Below are positions 57,088 to 64,000 of a DNA stretch of 64,000 nt, piece after piece. The stretch's first letter is position 1; each line of letters starts with the position of its first letter. The stretch is taken from the NCBI GenBank assembly GCA_000708835.1, contig DF236958.1:186001-250000 (forward strand), given 5' to 3'. The translations under genes were made by a program, and so were the position numbers. The notes beneath the pieces are model-generated. The model worked only from the letters and a program-made list of their open reading frames with translations, did not search any database and had not been told where the DNA came from. Source of the stretch: Klebsormidium nitens. Taxonomy: Eukaryota; Plantae; Klebsormidiophyceae.

Positions 57088-60000
57088 TTAAGCGCGCTCC
57101 GCCTGGTCGCCATGGCCGATAAGTTGCAGCAAGAAGCGGATGGGCGCGAGCCGCTTAAGGTGCGCGCGCTCTGTGCGCGTGCGCAGGAGCTCCGGGTCTT
57201 CCTGGGGCCGCAAGGGGCCGATCTGCCACCAGTGCTTCTTGGCGTGCGAGCGCGCGGCGCGCATGTCGGCCTCTACGGTCAATTGGGCGTCCTCCTCGGA
57301 CGGCCCACCTGAACGAAAAGAATCAGTGTTTGACGAAGTCTTTCTTGTTAGCAAATTCGTGAAAGAGTGAGTTGAGTTTGCGTTTCTGACATCACAAGCG
57401 GCGCGCATGTCCGCCTCCACGGTCAACTTAGCGTCCTCCTCAGACGGACCGCCTACGAGGGGTGACTCTCGTTAGAGAAGCGTTGTCTTCGTTGACTTAG
57501 CGTACTTTGGGCTTTCAAGGTTTGATGATTGCGACGTGGTTTCAGATTTCTTGGTTGTGAGCTCTCTTAATGTCACGTGCGACTGCGCATGTCCGCCTCC
57601 ACGCTGAACTCGGCGTCCTCTCCTCTCGGCCCCCCTGCCTTGGAAACTTCCGCTATTAGATAATCAAATTCAAACCTAATCTGTTCTGGCCGTTTCGAAT
57701 CTACCCAGATGAACAAAGTGCGGTCTAAAGAAATGATTGATCGGGGAAATGGCGACAGCCTCACCGAGCGCCCCTTGAGCGAACTGAAACTGCTGCCCGA
57801 CGGGTCCGTCAAATATTTGTCCAGAACGGAATCGAAAGGAACGAAAGCGGGAACGGAGTGGACACAAAGGGAAATGAACGCGTGCTCGTCGAGCGCTCCT
57901 GGACGTAGTGGAACTGCTGAACGAGTTGGTCGACCTGCTTCTGTCCCAAGGAGCAGACAAAGATCTCGAAACTTAGCGAATGAAACGGAATGACAGACCT
58001 CATTAAAACGGACCGGAAATGGAAATGGAAACGGAACGTGGGCTCACTAAGCGCCTAGGACCATGTGGGAAGTGTGGCACGAGGGGGTCAAGCTGCCTTT
58101 GCCGACAGATGCGAATAAACGCTTTCTAAACCCGACTACTAGAAGAGAACGGAACAGGAATCGAAAGCTTAAACAAAACGGAACGAAAACGGAACGAAAA
58201 CGGAAACGGAACGCCAGCTCACGAGCGCCTCTTGGATGCTGCACAATGGGGTCGACCTGCTTCTGTCCGCAGGAGCAGACAGAGATTCAAAAGCTAACAA
58301 TCAGAACGGAATGGAAGAAAACAAACGGAAACGGAGACGGAACGCGGCCTCATCAAGCGCCTCCTGGACCATGTGGAACTGCTGCACGATTGGGTCGACC
58401 TGCTTCCGCCAACAGCAGCGGAGAACGCTTTCAATAAGCAATAATCAGAACGGAACGGAACAGAACTCAAAAGCTCCGAACGCCAAAGCGGAATCGGAAC
58501 GCGGGCTCACCGAGCGCCTCCTGGACCACGTGGAACTGTTGCACGATGGGGTCGACCTCTTGCGTCTCGCTGGACTTCCAGGGCAGCAAATCGTCGATCA
58601 CGGAATCGTCCGTCTTGCCCAAGACGGCCTTCTCCATGTCTTTCTGGAAGCGCTTGAGCGGGTTCAGGATGCGCAGCGACTGGATCTTCCACTGCGGGGG
58701 GAGGACAAACGGGTTAGAACCACCCCCCCAAAAGCAGCAAGTGAATCGTCTTGCTGCTACTCCTCGTCTCAATGGATAAATTGGCTGCCGAAAGGTTTTC
58801 ATACATGGGTTTGAGGATGCGCAACGACTGGATCTTCACTGCGGGGGGAGGGGAATGGGGTTAAAATCGTCCCCTCAGAAGCGTAAACCTGAAGTTTCTA
58901 CTTCGAACTACCGGGTAAGGGAAGATGGCTTAGAACCTCTTCTCGCTCTCAGAACCAGATTGACCGCCCAGAGTTTGAAGTTTATGGGTTTGACGATGCG
59001 CAGCGACTGAATTTTCAGCTGCGGGAAAGCGGGAAGAGACAGACGGTCAGGGGTTCGGTTCCGGGATGAATGCAAATGTGATAGCGACTGGATCATTCCA
59101 CAATAAGATGGTGTAGGGGAGGCGGCTGAAATCAACTCCCCGAGAACGATGACGTCGGGTAGGTGTCTAGTTCAGAACGGCAGCCGAAAGGTTTGATGAA
59201 TTTCATGATGTGCAGTGACTGGCTCTTCCGCTTCGAGGTAGAAGAAGGGGAGAAGAAATATTCGCGTCCACAGGAAGAGTAAAGGTGGTACCGACTGAAT
59301 CTTCCAACGCAGAGCCGAGGGGTAAGAGAAGCTCTTCCACCGCCAAGAGCAGGAGGGGCGAATAATGTGCGACCAGTGCCGCTTGATTGAGCGGGGATCT
59401 GTTGATACGGAGAATCGCTTGTGTCTGCCGTTGCGTGAAGTTCGCAAACGCAATCATGTGGAGGATTATGGAAGAGAAGCTCGGGCAGTAAAAAGCAAAA
59501 AGAGGTGACCAATCTCGCCAAAAGTAGTGGGTTGCGGCTGACCAGAGAAGAGTGATCTCAAAGTTCAGCATAAAAATACCGAATTGATAGGGCCAGGATT
59601 TAAAGCAGACTCCAGGGAACGAAAACAATGCTCCACAAAGCAAGTTCTTGTACAAGATGTTGAGGCAACCGGCTCGATACCTGGTATTAGACTCTGATCC
59701 GACGAACCCTGATCATACTGAAGGCGGAGTCGATATGCTGCAAACAACGGTCTCAACTGTGCCCGAGGTTCTTGATACGCCTCATGCTAATCAGAGTTCA
59801 GAGTTTCGCCTATGCTAGAAAAACCTGGCAAGCTGAACGTGGTTATTACTAACCCGGATCAGCGTGAAGGCCGGAATCGTGGTGCTGACAATCAGGTACA
59901 CCAGGATCCCCTGCGCGATCTTGTGCTGGCGCCCGATGACTGCGAGCGACGACCGTATGTCCGCGAGCTGCTCCGCAATTGACGGGTCGTCTTCCGCTGA

Positions 60001-62598
60001 CGGCTGGCTGTCGTCACCGCCCCCGTCCTCGTCCCCGCCTTTGCTGTTGTTATCGCCGCCATCATCGGCAGGCTGACCGGCACCCTTGCTGACGTCACCT
60101 GGAACATTAGAGGATCGTGGCGGGTCAGAAGAAGGCTTGGGAGCGGGTTCACTGATGATGGCGAGCTGCTGGTCAACTGAGCAAGGAGGTACAGGGCAAA
60201 ACCAGAGATGGAAGGGTTGTTGGGCTCCAATCCCTGTTAAGCAGATACTGTCGCAAGTGAGATTCTCTGCCTGTGAAGGGTCTGGCGGCTTCGATCAGGA
60301 GCAAGTATTTGCGGAGGTATAGGACAGGTCTTTCACTCTGCAAGCGAGATAATTGGAGCTTTCAAGGTTGCTTGTTATGAAAAGCGCCCTTGGCTAAGGC
60401 CCACACCCGGAAATTGAACAAGAAAATTTTGTAGAATGAAGGCGTTTGAATTATGGGGGGCACAGGAAGCAACATCATTTAGAGCACCTTTTGGGTTAGT
60501 CAAGTGGTTTGAGTGGTCTGGCTTTTAAGAGGTGTAGGTGGTTTGACTTGATCCCCAAACTCCTATTTCAAGCGTCCTCAAGTCGATGGTCATGGTCGAG
60601 GAGACTGATCAAGCGAGGAGGTACTGGCTATACTTCACTGGAGGTACAACAAGAGAAAGTGTCCAACGAACAGAAAGTCCAGAAAAACGTAGCTTGAACA
60701 CTGAACTTCGAGCTTGTGCCTCTTAAGTCAAAGTTCCATGTCAACAGGCACTTTTCAGATGTCTCCTGGAGCACGTTGCTGCTATGAACGGCTTGTGTTG
60801 TTACATTTGAGGAAACCAATGAAAAGAAACGGTTCACGCCGACGCCGACATGAGGGATGTGGGCGCAACTCGGAAACAATCATCAAAACCGCCAGTTCCT
60901 CACCGTCTGCCGCATCTTGCCCATCCTGGCCCGAGTCTCCGTTTCCACTCCCCTCCCCATTTGCGTCCCCTGATCCAACTCCTCCGTTCAATGGCAGATG
61001 GCTCCCCTCTGCCCCGTTCTGCTGCGCTGGGTCTCCAGTTTCATTCAGATCGAGTGCCCCCGCATTGTTCAGTTCAACTCTCGGCGGGGCCTCGCTCTTG
61101 CACGCACTCCCAACCTCTGTTGCCCTTGCCAGCTGGACTTCTTCATTGCCGACCGAGTTGCTTCTCTCAGCAATCTTGTTGCCTTTCCTCTTCGCCGGGG
61201 GTGCCGCTCTGCCAGGCCCCGTCTGAGGGACTACGCCGTCTGCCTTGCCCTGATTCTCGACCCCTTTCTTTCCGTTCAGAACTCCCGCTTGGGCAACGTT
61301 TGAGATACTCAGAAGCTCCTCTTTTGGCAGCTGTTTTCTGAGCAGGTTAACCAAACCCTCCACACGGAACATGGTTTCGACCGCTGCCTTCTCATTCTCC
61401 GTGAGAGGGCCATCAGAAGCTTGCTTGCCATCGGGTGAAGTGTCGTGTGTCTCATCCTTCTTCTCTTGACCAGATATGGGCGGGAAGGTAGGCAGTGCTC
61501 GGACCTTTGCTTTGAGCCTCAAGGAAAGGTTAATCTGGAAAACAAAAACGAGGGGGTTTGGCAACCGGTCTCTTGCTTCCATTGTCTCACAAGGTTGGAG
61601 TGGCTCGCCGTTCAGTGAAGTGTGAAAAAGCGCGAACTAGGAGAACCGTCTGACACCATCTTTGGGAGCCGGATAGAGAGGAGAAGGGGACAGGAAAGCT
61701 ACAGGCAGTACGTTGTGGATTTCTTGGGAGTCGAGGCCTCCTCCTCGTAATCAAGAAACTCTTATGTCACATCCTTAAAGTGGGTACCTCTCAAAGTCAA
61801 CCAGCTGGCTTCGAGGCCAAACCCAACTGCAGATTTCAGTGTGGTCCAATATGACATCATCAGGCCTGGGATATCTGTAATGTGATGCCCACATTTCAGA
61901 AAAGGATCTGAACCTAGAAACGACCTCTCAGACTAGTCACAAATCAGTAATCTGTATCAACAACCTCTCTGTTGAGCTGCCACAATGTAGACTGCCAGCA
62001 GCTTTGAGCACTCAGCCGGTTCTGCTGGCGTCCTCAGGAACATGTTTGATTCAGATTTCTTGATCTTAACCCAGCCCTTCATTATCCAGCAAGAATGTCG
62101 TCCACCTGATACATAGCCTGCAAACCCTAATGACTCTTCTTGTTCTACACAAATCTGCCCGTCAAGTTCCCTGACCGTAATGTGCTTCGGATGCCACCTG
62201 TCAACAAACACGTCCTTTGAAGTAGTCTTTTAGATCTGAGGTCCTGCCAAAGCAACTTATGTGTGACTGTTTTTCCAACAGAGGAGAGTCAGGCTCCAAG
62301 ATTTCCTCTCCTATCAATGTACACTGGGTTAGAGTCAGCCCACTTGCCCGACACATCTAAAGACAAATGATCACCAACACTAACTTACCTGGTCCGACAA
62401 CCAAGCGAGGCCTGCTTTCATACTTTCAAGCTCTGCTTCCTCAAAGTGCTGTAGCTCCGAGCCCAGGCTCTCCACAAAACCAAGCTGCATCTCTGTCGCA
62501 GGCTGCTCTACATCTGCCCGGTGTTCAACGCCCACCTTGTGGCTGTGCATTGTTTGAGAAACCTCTGCTGCATCAACCGTTCTGAGCACTTGCGCCAT
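57088..62598 (-). CDS. Hypothetical ~495-aa protein: acidic disordered N-terminal half, one TM helix, short C-terminal domain; 5 exons
   Basis: Exons 62598-62389, 61534-60904, 60098-59854, 58691-58511 and 57308-57088. All GT-AG with phases 0,1,0,1; total 1488 nt. TM-like GILVYLIVSTTIPAFTLI. No family recognised, and further 5' exons cannot be excluded. Confidence 0.7.
57400..59345 (-). repeat. Three arrays of intronic splice-junction copies around exons 4 and 5 of the hypothetical gene
   Basis: Exon-5 acceptor copies start at 57452 and 57634. Five exon-4 donor copies lie at ~57760-57810, 57885-57935, 58043-58100, 58218-58260 and 58352-58405. At least five exon-4 acceptor copies lie at ~58838, 59018, 59100, 59230 and 59306. 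Confidence 0.88.
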
Positions 62599-63005
62599 GG
62601 CGCAAAATGCTCGGTCACTGTTCAAAGTTGTCGTTGGTCAACCTTCGCAAGCCCCCAATGCACGGCGCGTTGGAAGAAAGACGTCCCTGCTGTCTGATTT
62701 GGACACAGCAAGGCAAATGGAACTTGGAACCCCTGCTCCTCAGTTTCTTGTCGTTGGGAGCAGGCTTGCGACAGCAATATTGAAAGCAATTCCAGTGGCA
62801 AAACGCCGAGGCAAGAAACGAGGGGAGTGCAGAGCCTGGGCATTCGGAGCAGAGGCCTTGGTTCGTGACGTGCCACCTGTCGTTCACCCAAGATGCCCGC
62901 TTGGATGTCAGCTGGCGTGCTTGCTGCCCCTCGATGCATCCCCTGGAAGGGGCATCGCTGCTTCCCGTGCCGACGTGTGGCAGTCCCATTGAGCACCGGG
63001 GGGCC

Positions 63006-63310
63006 NNNNNNNNNNNNNNNNNNNNNNNNNNNNNNNNNNNNNNNNNNNNNNNNNNNNNNNNNNNNNNNNNNNNNNNNNNNNNNNNNNNNNNNNNNNNNNN
63101 NNNNNNNNNNNNNNNNNNNNNNNNNNNNNNNNNNNNNNNNNNNNNNNNNNNNNNNNNNNNNNNNNNNNNNNNNNNNNNNNNNNNNNNNNNNNNNNNNNNN
63201 NNNNNNNNNNNNNNNNNNNNNNNNNNNNNNNNNNNNNNNNNNNNNNNNNNNNNNNNNNNNNNNNNNNNNNNNNNNNNNNNNNNNNNNNNNNNNNNNNNNN
63301 NNNNNNNNNN
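63006..63310. other. Assembly gap (305 N)
   Basis: Run of N from 63006 to 63310, flanked by G/C-run sequence. Confidence 1.
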
Positions 63311-64000
63311 GGGGGGCGGCAGCCCCCCCGCTCTCGGGCTTTTCCGAAATGGGCATCGCCCCGGGGGCTGTCCCCGGGGGAAAGTCTTGCGCTTGAATGC
63401 TTTATATTTTGCGTCTGGAAACGAGATCCCACCAACCGGAAGCTTCCGGAAGGGTGGGGATTTGGTCTAGTGGTATGATTCTTCCTTAGGGTTGACGTCA
63501 GCACGACGTCTCAGGTACTTCCACCTAACTTGGAAGAGGTCCCGAGTTCGATTCTCGGAATCCCCCCTTTTTCTTGCGCAGGAAGCGATAGAGCCTAGAG
63601 GCCGTCAGACAATCAATGGTTTTGACGACGCTTTTCTTTTCTCTCGAGCTTCCTTTTGCCGCCTTCAACACTACTGCAAGAGCTAATTTGGACCGCCCAT
63701 CTCCTCCAAGACTCGAGAAAACGGGGGGCTTCGCCCCCCGTACCCCCAAGCTGACCACCACGGGATCACCACGCCATGACCAATGGGTTACCAATCGAAT
63801 CTGCACACTTCGACTCCATCAAATGATCAGATGAACTATATATAAGACTTTCCAATCGACACACTCACGAGCCCGATGTTGGTCCTTTCCTCCCAGGCTC
63901 ATGTTCCGATGTTCCGATGAATCTACAAAACAATAAAAGCGTATCGGCGTCGGTTGCGGGGGGCCCACTATAGGAAAACTTCATGGGTGGTACCTTTTAA

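Noticed and set aside
62622-63504. Long ORFs spanning 63006-63310
   Set aside because: Artefacts of the N gap.

Overview
Intron-rich eukaryotic nuclear DNA with GT-AG introns of roughly 0.3-2 kb. The gene set (algal-type PTOX, plant-type TyrRS, GT47 and DUF604 glycosyltransferases, FYVE-SYLF) points to a streptophyte alga or early-diverging plant, possibly Klebsormidium-like; this assignment is inference. I assembled exon chains by hand with consistent splice phases for these genes: the 3' end of proteasome alpha-6 (PAA), a 76-aa Cys-rich membrane peptide, a long PTOX1-type plastid terminal oxidase, cytosolic tyrosyl-tRNA synthetase, an intronless plastid-type membrane protein with a WW domain, an exostosin/GT47, a RING-FYVE-SYLF protein, a DUF604 glycosyltransferase and an unknown 495-aa single-TM protein. 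Two MITE-like elements with TIRs and TSDs each sit in a divergent intergenic region. A ~10.4-kb segment bounded by an exact 31-bp inverted repeat holds paladin-like pseudo-exons, Tudor-domain exons and a NOF/MULE-like transposase remnant. The most striking unexplained structure is a set of 'splice-junction echoes'. Introns of at least four unrelated genes carry serial degenerate copies of the adjacent exon end plus its splice site. Many copies keep GT or AG, differences are often synonymous, one copy would give an in-frame longer isoform, and two are inverted. There is one 305-N assembly gap at 63006-63310.
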